Notes under the pieces: model-generated | The model's input: the letters and a program-made list of their open reading frames with translations, nothing else | The model's database searches: none | What the model was told of the DNA's origin: nothing | Made by a program: the position numbers and the translations under genes | NCBI GenBank assembly: GCA_016181305.1 | Contig: JACOZN010000016.1 | Span: 1 to 24,701 of the forward strand | Direction of reading: 5' to 3' | DNA length: 24,701 nucleotides | DNA from: Candidatus Woesearchaeota archaeon | Lineage (GTDB): Archaea; Nanobdellota; Nanobdellia; Woesearchaeales; GW2011-AR4 | Shown: piece after piece, positions 7,581-17,074 of the stretch | Position numbering within the stretch: position 1 is the stretch's first letter | How the letters are laid out: the number at the start of each line of letters is the position of its first letter

Positions 7581-8773
7581 TAATCCTCCAGCACAACCCT
7601 GTCAACATTCTCCAAGTTCCTGACAGCATACAGCCTTCCCTCTCCAAGCTCGGCTATTTTCTCGGCAAGCTTTTTGCCTTTTTCATCGAGGTTTATTCCA
7701 ATAAGTGAAATGGTAATTCCTTTGCTTCTTGCAATTGAAGCTTCCTCCAAAGTCGCTTTTTCAGGCTCATCGCCTTTTGTAGGCAGTGCGTCAGTTATCA
7801 AAATCAGGTGCTTTGTTATGCCTTCGCTCGGAAACAATTCAACTGCCTTCTGCAATGTTGAGACAATATCTGTTTCTTTGGAAGCCTTTATCCTTGTAAT
7901 CTCCTTCAAGAGCCTTGTAAAGTCAACTGTAGGCTCTATCACTTCTTTCACCTCGGAGCCAAACACTATCAAACCAACCTTGTCTTTTTCGTTTATTGCC
8001 TTGTAGGCAAGCGCTATCCCTGCCCTTTTGCAGGCATCGATCTTCCTGCCTTTCATCGAGCCAGAAGCATCAAGAGCGTAAACAATGTATGTTTGCCCCT
8101 TGCTCTGCTTTTCATGCACCTGCAAATCCTTATCGTTAAAATAAGAATGCCCTCTCCTGATTGCAAGCTTCAATGATTTTTTCAGCGCAATGTCCCTGTA
8201 CCTGTCTCCTTTCTTGTACAGCCTTGAGCTTTCCTTTTCCCCATAAATGAAATGCTTTTTGCTTGTCTTCTCACCCATAATGCCCTTTGGCACAATCTTG
8301 TCCAGCTCCTCAAAATACAGGACCAAAGAAGCCAGTTCAACGCCTTTTTCAGAAAATGAACCGTCTTTCTGCAGAAATCCCGATTCCTTTAGCTCTTCAA
8401 CTTTCTGCTGTATCTTTTCCTTCAGTTCCTTCTGGAACTCCGGAATCCCGATGTTCTTCCTTATGTAATCGGGCTCATATCCCGAAACAAGCCTTACCAG
8501 CGATTCGCCGTAAATCTGCTTTGCGATGGTATAGTTTTTGACAAGCTGCTCAAACATCAAGTCAGGAGAAAATGAGGACATGCCCTGGCTTATGGCATCG
8601 CTTATCAGCTTGCCGTTGTCAATTGTCTTTTTATCGTTTTCAAGTACAGAATGCATGAACTTGTCTTCAAGCTGCTGGAACTGCAGCTTCCCGGAAATCT
8701 CCTCTGCTTTGCTTAATTCTTTTACTTCAAGATGCTCGCTACCGGTAATCACCAGTTTCCTGCTCTTCCGCAT
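7565..8773 (-). CDS. VWA-domain protein (ChlD/MoxR partner-like)
   Basis: 'GDRYRDIAL..SL..AIRRG', MIDAS DASGSM, 'VGLIVF', T of 'ASKETDI', 'LILITD', 'ISLIGI'. Confidence 0.88.
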   Translation of the reverse strand: MRKSRKLVITGSEHLEVKELSKAEEISGKLQFQQLEDKFMHSVLENDKKTIDNGKLISDAISQGMSSFSPDLMFEQLVKNYTIAKQIYGESLVRLVSGYEPDYIRKNIGIPEFQKELKEKIQQKVEELKESGFLQKDGSFSEKGVELASLVLYFEELDKIVPKGIMGEKTSKKHFIYGEKESSRLYKKGDRYRDIALKKSLKLAIRRGHSYFNDKDLQVHEKQSKGQTYIVYALDASGSMKGRKIDACKRAGIALAYKAINEKDKVGLIVFGSEVKEVIEPTVDFTRLLKEITRIKASKETDIVSTLQKAVELFPSEGITKHLILITDALPTKGDEPEKATLEEASIARSKGITISLIGINLDEKGKKLAEKIAELGEGRLYAVRNLENVDRVVLEDYYSVM

Positions 8774-9779
8774 GACTCTGCCATTTGGAAGCCTCTACGT
8801 TTTTATGGAACTGCTCCTTTATGTAGTCTTCAATGCCCTGCAGATACCTCACAGAAGGCTTCAGCCTTATCCTATGCGACAAGACAGAGACAAGCACTTC
8901 TTTTATGTCATCAAACTGGACATTCTTTCTTCCATTAAGAAGGGCGTTTGACTGCGCCCTTTCGTACAGGCCGATTGAAGCCCTTACGCTCGGCTTCTTT
9001 TCCAGCTTTTCATCCTGCCTCAGCAGCCTTATGAAATAAGCCATTAGGTCAAGCAATTCATCGCTTACATTTGCAGTCTTCCTGCCTTTCATGACAACAA
9101 TTTCCTTCTCTATTCCAATGCTTTCAGGATAATCCATACAGATAACATCAAACCTGTCAAGCAGCACGTCGCTCAGCTTTTCAGTTGACGCATCCTCGGG
9201 GTTCATTGTCCCTATGAAGATAAAATTGACATCAAAATCAACATCGTAAGAGCCGATTGTGGCTTTTCTTTCCTCCAGAACCTGCAATAATGCGTTCTGC
9301 AGCTTTTCCGGGCACCTGTTCAGCTCATCAAAAAATAAAACGCCGTTGTTGGCTTTGAAGATTTTGCCGGGAGTGAAAGCTTCCAGGCTTAAAGGCCCAA
9401 ACTTCAGCGCTTTTATCGGATCTATGTCGCCAAGCAAATCTTCCACAGTCAAGTCAGGGCTTCCTTGGATTCTTATAAATCGCTTAGAGCCTTCCAATTT
9501 CGTTGTCTTGTGCCTTTTCTGCTGCCTGCACGATGGGCAGACTGGATTGTTTGGAGTGCAATGATAGCTGCAGCCTTCAACAATATCAATATCCGGCAAT
9601 AGCTTTGCAATGTTTTTTGCCAATGTTGTCTTGCCTATCCCAGGCGCTCCCACTATTATGATGTGCCTGTTCATGAGCAAGGCCGACTTAATGCCCTGTT
9701 TTGCCTGTACCTGCCCGAGTATGTCTGTGAATGGCTCCTTGCCCTTCAGGAATACCTCTTTAAGTTGTTCGCTTAGCAT
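8739..9779 (-). CDS. AAA+ ATPase, MoxR/Mg-chelatase ChlI-like
   Basis: Walker A GAPGIGKT, Cys cluster CSYHC..VCPSC, 'IQGSPDLTVEDLLGDIDP', Walker B LFFDELNR, sensor 'IGTMNP', 'LLDRF'. Overlaps the VWA gene. Confidence 0.9.
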   Translation of the reverse strand: MLSEQLKEVFLKGKEPFTDILGQVQAKQGIKSALLMNRHIIIVGAPGIGKTTLAKNIAKLLPDIDIVEGCSYHCTPNNPVCPSCRQQKRHKTTKLEGSKRFIRIQGSPDLTVEDLLGDIDPIKALKFGPLSLEAFTPGKIFKANNGVLFFDELNRCPEKLQNALLQVLEERKATIGSYDVDFDVNFIFIGTMNPEDASTEKLSDVLLDRFDVICMDYPESIGIEKEIVVMKGRKTANVSDELLDLMAYFIRLLRQDEKLEKKPSVRASIGLYERAQSNALLNGRKNVQFDDIKEVLVSVLSHRIRLKPSVRYLQGIEDYIKEQFHKNVEASKWQSHAEEQETGDYR

Positions 9780-9825
9780 TTTAAAATCGGAGAGATAAGG
9801 ATTGTTTGTTTATAAAATTATGGGA

Positions 9826-10419
9826 TTAGGACAGTCTTATAGCCCAAACAGCAGCCCCGGCCACAAGAGGCACAAGCAAATTGTCATCAACTTGCTGCGT
9901 TCCGATTTTTACCCCTATTGCCTCAACAATCATTGCAGCCAAAGAAGCAAAAAATGCCTCATGCCACGGAAGAAAAGCCAAAGCGCCGATAAAGCCGGCA
10001 GCAAACCCCGCAATTGTTCCTTCAAGAAATTTTGTCTTTGACAATGGGTGCCTCGTCCTGCCGTAATGCAGCCCAAACAAATGGCTTATTGAATCGCCCA
10101 AAGCCAAAACAATTATGGAAGCCATTGCAATGTCTTTTGAAAATAAAAATAATGAAATATCAACACCGATCAAATAAAATATCACGCCCTTACCCGGAAA
10201 TCTTTGCAAGTCTTCTTTGCGCTCGAATTTTTGAAGTAATTGGTGAATTATTGGGATTTTTGCCCTTCTGCTAAAAAAAGACAAAATCAGCCCTATGGCT
10301 ATCAAAATCAATATAGTATTTTTGCCGATAAAATCATATTCCAATAGTGCAGCAAGGAATATCCCCAGAAGAATATGGAAAAGCTGCCTGTTCCACTCAA
10401 ACTTTTTTATTTCTTCCAT
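9826..10419 (-). CDS. Dolichol/phytol kinase family (SEC59-like) membrane protein
   Basis: 'RQLFHILLG', 'ALGDSISHLFG..YG', 'K.LEGT', 'DDNLLVP'; multiple TM helices. Confidence 0.88.
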   Translation of the reverse strand: MEEIKKFEWNRQLFHILLGIFLAALLEYDFIGKNTILILIAIGLILSFFSRRAKIPIIHQLLQKFERKEDLQRFPGKGVIFYLIGVDISLFLFSKDIAMASIIVLALGDSISHLFGLHYGRTRHPLSKTKFLEGTIAGFAAGFIGALAFLPWHEAFFASLAAMIVEAIGVKIGTQQVDDNLLVPLVAGAAVWAIRLS

Positions 10420-10994
10420 AATTTCCCTTTTTCGTGCATTTCCAACAAGAATATGCCTATAAAATACCCTAAAAATCCGCCAAAAACAACATCGCTCAAA
10501 AAATGAAGCCTAAAATAAACTCTGCTGAACGCAACCAAAAAAGCGAATATAATCCAAAAAAATTTCTGTTTTGGCAGGTATTTTATTATTACTGGCAGCA
10601 ATGAAAAAGCAACCATTGCATGCATGCTTGGAAAAGAATAAACAAGTATGTTGATGAGCGGGTAAGTAAGCGGCTTTATTTGATAGGCTAATGCTTCCAA
10701 TGGCCTCTGCCTTAGCACAATTAACTTGATTACGAATGCTAAAATAACGGAAACTAAAAAAGTGAGCCATAGCAAATATACCGGCTTCTTTTTGTTCCTG
10801 TAGAATATAATTGACGGGATTACCGCCATTGCCAATATAACCAAATTAAAATTAGTTATCAAGCCAAAAACAGCATCCAATAACTGGAATTTTAAGCTTT
10901 TAAAAAGCAAATTTACCCGGTTATCGAGATTGTACGATATAACAAAAAGCAGAGTGCCGATAATCAGCAGCCAAATCCTGTTTATATTCTTCAT
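10407..10994 (-). CDS. PAP2-family membrane phosphatase
   Basis: C1 K-x6-RP (KLIVLRQRP), C2 FPSMH (usually PSGH), C3 SR-x5-H-x3-D (SRVYFRLHFLSD). Confidence 0.9.
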   Translation of the reverse strand: MKNINRIWLLIIGTLLFVISYNLDNRVNLLFKSLKFQLLDAVFGLITNFNLVILAMAVIPSIIFYRNKKKPVYLLWLTFLVSVILAFVIKLIVLRQRPLEALAYQIKPLTYPLINILVYSFPSMHAMVAFSLLPVIIKYLPKQKFFWIIFAFLVAFSRVYFRLHFLSDVVFGGFLGYFIGIFLLEMHEKGKLWKK

Positions 10995-11980
10995 GTTGCA
11001 TCTTTTTCCACAATCTTATTTTGGATTGCCTTATTGGGCCATATTTTGCAATTTTTAACAACGACATTTTTCAATTCAGCATTATCTGCCACCACAGAAT
11101 TCAATATTCTGCCGCTTAAATGCGCGTTTTGTCCTATTATGGAGTTCTCGACAACAGAGCCTTTGTCAATGATTGCGCCGTCCATGACAATAGAATTCCT
11201 GACATTGCCCTCAATAATGCAGCCATTGCCTATGCTTGAGTTCCTGGCAATGCCGCTTATTCTTGCATTATTTCCAATAGAATTCTTGCTTTTTCTTAAA
11301 GCCTTGTCGGCTTTCAGCAGGTCAGAAGGGTAACCGACAGGAATCCAGCCGCCTGATTTTACGCAATACACCTTTTCCTGCCTAGCCAACTGCCTTATTG
11401 CATCAGTAAGCTCGTACTCATTTCTTTTTGATTTTATTAGTTTTTTTAATAAAACGAATATGCCCTTGTCTAATTTGTACAATCCCGTGTTGGCCAAATC
11501 CGAGACAAACCTTTGCGGCTTTTCTATAAGCTCGGTAAGAATGTTATTTTTCTGGATTATAACCCCGAATGATTTTGGATTTTTTACTCTTGCAGTCAGG
11601 ATTGAGTACTTTCTCTTTGCAGCATTTTTGAAATCGTGGCCTGAATAAATGTCATCGCCATGCAAAGAAATAAAACTTCCTTTGATGTGCTTTTCAGCCA
11701 TTAAAAGCGCATTTCCGGTGCCCAGCTGGCTCTTTTGCTCTATATACCTTATTTTGATATTTTTATATTTGTTCCCTATATGTTTTTTTATCATGCCCTT
11801 TTTGTACCCGACAACTAGGATGGCTTCATCAACAATCCCGTTTAGATTGTCTAAATTATGCTCAAGCAATGTCCTGTTTGCAGCCTTGAGCAGCGGCTTC
11901 GGCCTCGTGAGTGTCAATGGGTAAGTTCTTGTTGATTTCCCTGCCGCCAGTATTACCGCCTGCATTTTAGACAACTTCAA
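10991..11980 (-). CDS. Sugar-1-phosphate nucleotidyltransferase (GlmU/GDP-mannose pyrophosphorylase-like) with short hexapeptide-repeat tail
   Basis: 'AVILAAGKSTRTYPLT.TRPKPLL', 'LGTGNAL', 'EKP', 'RNEYELTDAI'; C-terminal LbH repeats. Confidence 0.9.
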   Translation of the reverse strand: MKLSKMQAVILAAGKSTRTYPLTLTRPKPLLKAANRTLLEHNLDNLNGIVDEAILVVGYKKGMIKKHIGNKYKNIKIRYIEQKSQLGTGNALLMAEKHIKGSFISLHGDDIYSGHDFKNAAKRKYSILTARVKNPKSFGVIIQKNNILTELIEKPQRFVSDLANTGLYKLDKGIFVLLKKLIKSKRNEYELTDAIRQLARQEKVYCVKSGGWIPVGYPSDLLKADKALRKSKNSIGNNARISGIARNSSIGNGCIIEGNVRNSIVMDGAIIDKGSVVENSIIGQNAHLSGRILNSVVADNAELKNVVVKNCKIWPNKAIQNKIVEKDAT

Positions 11981-13223
11981 GCCTTATTGAGCTGCACCTT
12001 TCCCTGACAAACTCATCTTTCACCAGCTTTTTCATCAAATCTTCCGGTTTTACAAATTCCCTCTGCCCAATGGCAAAGATTTTGCCGTTTTTTGCAAATG
12101 TTTTTTTATGGATTTTCCTGAAATGCTCTGCGTGCTGCTTTATTTTTATCGGGGGGCCTTCAATTTGGACAGTTCTTGACAGCGGCTTTTTGTCAAGCAG
12201 AAAATACATTATGGAATCGTTCTTTTTGTCCCATTCCCAGTCGCTTCTTATCATACTGAAGCCGTGCTTTTTCAGGCCCGCCACTAAAAATTCGTAGATT
12301 TTCAGTAGCTTGCCCCCTACAACATCAATCTTCCCGCCTAATGGCGTTGCTTTTGCCCTTATTAGAATATTGCCGCCTGATTTTTCCTTTAAGAAAGCCA
12401 TGTCCATATTTTTCCTGGCAAAAAACTCTTTTGAGGGATTTTTCAAAAACTTTTTTGCAGCATTTTTGAACACATCAAACTTCCCGATGCTCAAGGCAGC
12501 TGCCGCATTCCTGTCTTTCTGCACAGGGTCTATGACAACCAATGGCGACACAAGCTTTGATGTGTTGACCAGCTTGAACACGTCTTTGCCCCTGTAATAT
12601 CTCCCTGCATCAATTACAACTTTGCTGTCCCATTTTGCTGCATTTCTTGCCAAATTCAAAAAAGAGCCGTAGTAAACTGCCAGTATCTCGCATACGTAGC
12701 CTGAAAATCCCCTTATATAGCTCTCTGCTCCGTAAACATTGTTGGCCTGGCAGAACTGCTTTGTCAATTTTATCTCATTAATCTTTTTTTTGTGCTTCAG
12801 AACCCATTTTGAGTGCAACGGGCTCACATCAGTTATGTTTTTTGCCTGCTCTGCCTTCTGTATTCTGAGTATCGGCACTATCTCAAATGTAAAATCGCCC
12901 TGCTTTATCTGAAAGTAGTCCCTTGAGCCATGCAGCCTTATTATTTTTCTGAATTTTTTTCTTAATATTCTTTCCAGAATATCCGGCAATCTGTCGCTTT
13001 TGTCCTTGTATTTTTTATAATCAAACAGCACAAATATGTCGGCATCAAAAGTCCTGAGCCAGGTGCCCTTTGCGCCGGAGCCGCCAAGAATTGCCTTGAT
13101 GCGCTTTTGCCCCTTGTTCACATTTTTGATTATGACATTCAGCTTTTCAAATATGTCTTTCTCGTATTCCCTGTCCGGCTGTATGCTCTCCAGCACTTCA
13201 TCAAGAACCTGCCTGATTTTCAT
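11967..13223 (-). CDS. cca: CCA-adding enzyme, archaeal class I
   Basis: 'GGSGAKGTWLRTFDADIF', 'HGSRDY', 'EIVP', 'DVSPLH', 'GFSGYVCEIL..YYGSF', 'VIDPVQKDRNAAAALS'. Confidence 0.95.
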   Translation of the reverse strand: MKIRQVLDEVLESIQPDREYEKDIFEKLNVIIKNVNKGQKRIKAILGGSGAKGTWLRTFDADIFVLFDYKKYKDKSDRLPDILERILRKKFRKIIRLHGSRDYFQIKQGDFTFEIVPILRIQKAEQAKNITDVSPLHSKWVLKHKKKINEIKLTKQFCQANNVYGAESYIRGFSGYVCEILAVYYGSFLNLARNAAKWDSKVVIDAGRYYRGKDVFKLVNTSKLVSPLVVIDPVQKDRNAAAALSIGKFDVFKNAAKKFLKNPSKEFFARKNMDMAFLKEKSGGNILIRAKATPLGGKIDVVGGKLLKIYEFLVAGLKKHGFSMIRSDWEWDKKNDSIMYFLLDKKPLSRTVQIEGPPIKIKQHAEHFRKIHKKTFAKNGKIFAIGQREFVKPEDLMKKLVKDEFVRERCSSIRLEVV

Positions 13224-13264
13224 AAATAGAAATCAACTTTGATGGCTATAAAAAAGTTTGTTTT

Positions 13265-14473
13265 TTATTTGCCGTTGTCCCCAGCCACCTTAACAGCGCT
13301 GACAACCTTGTCATTTTCTTCCAGCTTCATTATCCTGACGCCTTGTGTGTTCCTTCCGATAACGGAAATATCAGTTGATGGAACCCTTATGATAATTCCG
13401 TTCTTGCTTATGAAAATTACGTCATCATTGTCGGTTACAGGGCAGATTGCAACAACGTTGCCGTTTCTTTCGCTGCATTGGATGTTTATGACTCCCGAGC
13501 CGCCCCTGCTGATGAGCCTGTACTCAGAAATCGGGGTTCTTTTTCCATAGCCGTTTTCTGTCACGCTGAGCAATGACTTGTCATCAGATGCAACTTCCAT
13601 TCCTATGACTTCGTCATTGTCTTTCAGGCTTATTCCCCTTACGCCCTGCGCAGAGCGTCCTGTCGGCCTTACATCCCTTTCCTCGAACCTTACAGCCAGC
13701 CCATTTTTGGTTGCAAGGATAATCTGCTGGCTGCCGTCAGTCAATTCAACGTTTATCAGCTCATCGCCCTCTTCAAGTGTTATGGCAACGATTCCATGCC
13801 TTCTAGGATTGCTGTAAGCCATCAGCTCTGTTTTCTTTACAGTTCCTTTCCTTGTTGCCATCACAAGATAATGCGCATTGTCGAAGGCCCTTACAGGCAC
13901 AAAAGCTGTGACTGTTTCATTGTTTCCAAGCTCAAGCAGGTTCACAATTGCCTTGCCCCTTGCCTGCCTCCCCGCCTCCGGCAGGCTGTAGACTTTAAGC
14001 CAGTAAACTTTGCCCCTGTTTGTAAAGAACAGTATGTAGGAATGCGTGCTTGCAATGAAAATGTCCTTTACAATGTCCTCTTCTTTCGTTGTTGTTGCAA
14101 TAACCCCCTTGCCGCCCCTGTGCTGCAGCTTGTATGTCTGCAAAGGCAGCCTTTTTATGTAGCCGGAATTTGTTATCGTTATTGCCATCTCCTCATCTTT
14201 TATCAGGTCTTCAGTTTCAATATCTGCACTTTCGACCTCTATAATCTGTGTTCTCCTTTTATCATTGTATTTCTCTCTTAATTCAGAAAGCTCTTTCTTT
14301 ATTATATCAAGTATTTTCTGCGGATTCGAAAGTATCAGCTCTAATTCATCGATCAGCTTCAGCAGGCCTGCGTGCTCCTGCTTTATCTTTTCCTGCTCCA
14401 GGGACGTCAGCCTTTGCAGGCGCATTTCCAGGATTGCAACCGCCTGCTCGCTTGTCAGGTTAAAGTTTGACAT
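13265..14473 (-). CDS. gyrA: GyrA C-terminal fragment (C-gate plus beta-pinwheel with GyrA-box)
   Basis: 'QAVAILEMRLQRLT.LE', GyrA-box QHRGGKG, pinwheel repeats 'GRSAQGVRGI', 'GRNTQGVRIM'. Confidence 0.88.
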   Translation of the reverse strand: MSNFNLTSEQAVAILEMRLQRLTSLEQEKIKQEHAGLLKLIDELELILSNPQKILDIIKKELSELREKYNDKRRTQIIEVESADIETEDLIKDEEMAITITNSGYIKRLPLQTYKLQHRGGKGVIATTTKEEDIVKDIFIASTHSYILFFTNRGKVYWLKVYSLPEAGRQARGKAIVNLLELGNNETVTAFVPVRAFDNAHYLVMATRKGTVKKTELMAYSNPRRHGIVAITLEEGDELINVELTDGSQQIILATKNGLAVRFEERDVRPTGRSAQGVRGISLKDNDEVIGMEVASDDKSLLSVTENGYGKRTPISEYRLISRGGSGVINIQCSERNGNVVAICPVTDNDDVIFISKNGIIIRVPSTDISVIGRNTQGVRIMKLEENDKVVSAVKVAGDNGK

Positions 14474-14520
14474 TAATGCTTCTCTCGCAGTTTCTACAGA
14501 CTTGCTGTCCTTAATCAGCT

Positions 14521-15714
14521 TTATATCGCATTGTTTATGTTTGCTAATGCAATAATAAGCCCTTCAAGAATGTGGGCCCTTGTCTGAGCCTTGTTCAAAT
14601 CAAACAATGTCCTTTTCCTTACAACATCTTTTCTGTGCTCTATGTAATGGTGGATTAGCTGCTTTATGTTCAGTATCTTTGGCTCGTTATTGACAAGCGC
14701 AAGCATTATTATCCCAAAAGTTGTCTGCATCCTTGTATGCTGGTATAGCTGGTTAAGCACAACATTTGAATCAGCGTCCTTTCTTAATTCAATTACAATT
14801 CTTATGCCGTGCCTGTCGCTTTCATCCCTCAAGTCCGCAATCCCCACAATCTTCTTGTCCCTTACAAGATCAGCCGCTTCCTCCAAAAGCTCTGACTTGT
14901 TGACCATGAATGGTATTTCATTTACAATAATTACTGGCTTGTTCTTGCCATGCTCAATGCTTGTTTTCGCCCTTACAAGTATTTTTCCTCTTCCTGTTGA
15001 GTACGCCTCTTTTATGCCTGCTCTGCCGCAGATTAAAGCGCCTGTCGGAAAATCCGGGCCCTGAATGGCTTGCGTCAGCTCTTCAATGCTTATGCTGGGG
15101 TTGTCTATCTGCATTACAGCAGCGTCAATAATCTCGCCAATATTATGGGGGGGGATGTTTGTTGCCATCCCGACTGCAATGCCCGAGCTTCCGTTAATCA
15201 ATAAGTTTGGGAGTTTTGAGGGCAATACAACAGGCTCTGTTGTGCTGCTGTCAAAATTCGGGACGAACCTTACAGTTTTCTTGTCAATGTCGTCGAGCAT
15301 CTCCTCTGCAAGCCTTGTTAACCTGCATTCTGTGTACCTCATTGCAGCAGGCGCATCGCCATCAACAGAGCCGAAATTTCCCTGCCCGTCAACAAGCATG
15401 TAGCGCATTGAGAAATCCTGGGCCAGTCTGACAAGAGTGTCGTAGACTGCTGCGTCACCATGCGGATGCAGTGCACTTATCACCCTTCCCACAACAAAAG
15501 CGGATTTCCTAAATGGTTTATCATGCATTAAACTAGATTCCCACATAGCATATAGCACGCGCCTATGCACGGGCTTAAGACCATCCCTTACATCTGGCAG
15601 TGCCCTCCCAACAATAACACTCATAGAATAATCCAAGTAGCTTTGCTTCATCTCGTCTTGAATAACCCTTGGCACTATTCTTGTGCCTAATTTTTGCCCT
15701 GTTTCTTCTGTCAT
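14521..15714 (-). CDS. gyrA: GyrA N-terminal breakage-reunion fragment
   Basis: '[28 protein letters not shown]', HPHGD, catalytic 'AAMRYTE', '[18 protein letters not shown]'. Confidence 0.9.
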   Translation of the reverse strand: MTEETGQKLGTRIVPRVIQDEMKQSYLDYSMSVIVGRALPDVRDGLKPVHRRVLYAMWESSLMHDKPFRKSAFVVGRVISALHPHGDAAVYDTLVRLAQDFSMRYMLVDGQGNFGSVDGDAPAAMRYTECRLTRLAEEMLDDIDKKTVRFVPNFDSSTTEPVVLPSKLPNLLINGSSGIAVGMATNIPPHNIGEIIDAAVMQIDNPSISIEELTQAIQGPDFPTGALICGRAGIKEAYSTGRGKILVRAKTSIEHGKNKPVIIVNEIPFMVNKSELLEEAADLVRDKKIVGIADLRDESDRHGIRIVIELRKDADSNVVLNQLYQHTRMQTTFGIIMLALVNNEPKILNIKQLIHHYIEHRKDVVRKRTLFDLNKAQTRAHILEGLIIALANINNAI

Positions 15715-15834
15715 TTTTGATAGAATTTTCAAACTACTTTATCGTCAATAAAATGGTGTATTTTATGGTTTATAAGGGTTATGGTTTAGATATATTTTCT
15801 ATATAGTAAATTTCAATATGGAAAAGAAGTAAAT

Positions 15835-15981
15835 TTATCTTTGAATTTTCTTTACAACAGCCTTGTTAACACTTATCGAGAAGCCGCAATAAACGCATTT
15901 CTTTCTTTTTCCACTTAAGTAAATGTCTTTGCTCTGGTACTTCATCCTGTTCTTGCATTTTGGGCATTGGAGAAGGAACAT
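15835..15981 (-). CDS. Small Zn-ribbon protein, 48 aa; not in ORF track
   Basis: Manual translation: MFLLQCPKCKNRMKYQSKDIYLSGKRKKCVYCGFSISVNKAVVKKIQR*, with two CxxC motifs. Confidence 0.75.
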   Translation of the reverse strand: MFLLQCPKCKNRMKYQSKDIYLSGKRKKCVYCGFSISVNKAVVKKIQR

Positions 15982-16033
15982 TTTTGTTTGAAATTTTATT
16001 TTTTATCAACCTTTGTCCGAATTAAAAATTATT

Positions 16034-17047
16034 TTATTGGCCTTTCTTAATCTCTTCCTTGCTTTCTTTCCCTTGAAGCATATCTTCGACTTTCTCATCA
16101 ACCATTTTTTCCATTTCAGGGGTAAGCTTTATGCCTTCTGTCTTCTTTTTTGGTTTTTTGCTTGATTTTTCCATACCCTTTTTTTCTTCAAAAATTCGGG
16201 CAGGTTTTTCATTTATTGGGGTTTGTATGCTTTCTTCATCCCGTTTTATCTCCCTTTTTGGCGCTGTTTTTTGCACTTCATCTTCAATCACTTCCATATC
16301 GCCAAGTTTTTCCTTTTCAACAACTAGAGCCCCTTCCTGCTCAAACTCCTCTGCAACAATCTCCTTTGGCTTTGCCCCATAAGTTTCCAGCGGAACCTTA
16401 AATTCCTCCCCACTTTCGTCAAGAGACTCTATTTCCTTCTTTATTTTTTCGTCCTCTTTTTTCAGCTCCTCTGCCTTTTTGCGCTGCTCCTCCTTTATTC
16501 TTTCGACTTCCACCTCTTTTTCCTTTATAGCCTTTGCAATGCCGTCAAAGTCCCTGAAATCCTCTTTCAGCTTTTCCTCTGTCAGGTCAAAATACCTGAA
16601 GAATTTTTCAGTCAGCTTTATCAGATTGGTTCTGGAGTGCTTCTGCCTTGATATGTAGCCTGACTTTTCAAGCTCGGCAAGATGGTCGTAAGCCTTGTTT
16701 GTCCTGAGCTTAATCAAGTCTGACTGCAGGATTGGGTATTTGAATGCTATGATGGCAAGAGTCTCGAGCACGCTTCTTGTAAGCTCTGTCTCTGTAACAA
16801 TCTTCCTTACTATTGGTATGAGGTGGTCCCTTACTGTTAATTTCCAGAAATCGCCTTCCTCGACAAGCATCAAGGATGACTGCTTTTCATCATACTCCCT
16901 TTGCAGCTCTTTCAAAGCCGCAAGAGTGTCCTCTTTCCCTGTCCTGCAAAGCCTGCTTATGTCGTCAAGGCTTATCCTGTGCCCTGTAGAAAAGAGGATT
17001 GCCTCCACCTTGCTTTTAACGCTTGCTTTTTTAAGCTCTGCCATCAT
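16034..17047 (-). CDS. scpB: SMC-ScpAB condensin subunit ScpB with long charged C-terminal extension
   Basis: 'VEAILF', 'L..LQREY.....SL.L', 'ELTRSVLETLAIIAFKYPILQSDL...R', 'T.KF..YF.L'; then ~170 aa rich in E/K. Confidence 0.9.
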   Translation of the reverse strand: MMAELKKASVKSKVEAILFSTGHRISLDDISRLCRTGKEDTLAALKELQREYDEKQSSLMLVEEGDFWKLTVRDHLIPIVRKIVTETELTRSVLETLAIIAFKYPILQSDLIKLRTNKAYDHLAELEKSGYISRQKHSRTNLIKLTEKFFRYFDLTEEKLKEDFRDFDGIAKAIKEKEVEVERIKEEQRKKAEELKKEDEKIKKEIESLDESGEEFKVPLETYGAKPKEIVAEEFEQEGALVVEKEKLGDMEVIEDEVQKTAPKREIKRDEESIQTPINEKPARIFEEKKGMEKSSKKPKKKTEGIKLTPEMEKMVDEKVEDMLQGKESKEEIKKGQ

Positions 17048-17074
17048 GCCAAGCTGTACACATCATTCTCTTTT

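Larger units (their letters stand above)
13265..15714 (-). pseudogene. gyrA: DNA gyrase subunit A, frameshifted (real lesion or assembly error)
   Basis: Two collinear ORFs join into one ~800-aa GyrA if 2 nt are removed at ~14522-14525 (GCG ATA TA AAG CTG). Probable start ATG 15714. Confidence 0.8.

Noticed and set aside
14473-14521. Intein or intron in gyrA
   Set aside because: No inserted sequence: the two halves are collinear apart from 2 nt.
13239-15431. Many plus-strand ORFs opposite gyrA, and similar antisense ORFs opposite infB, cca, scpB, VWA/AAA and the fibre genes
   Set aside because: Antisense shadows of well-supported genes.
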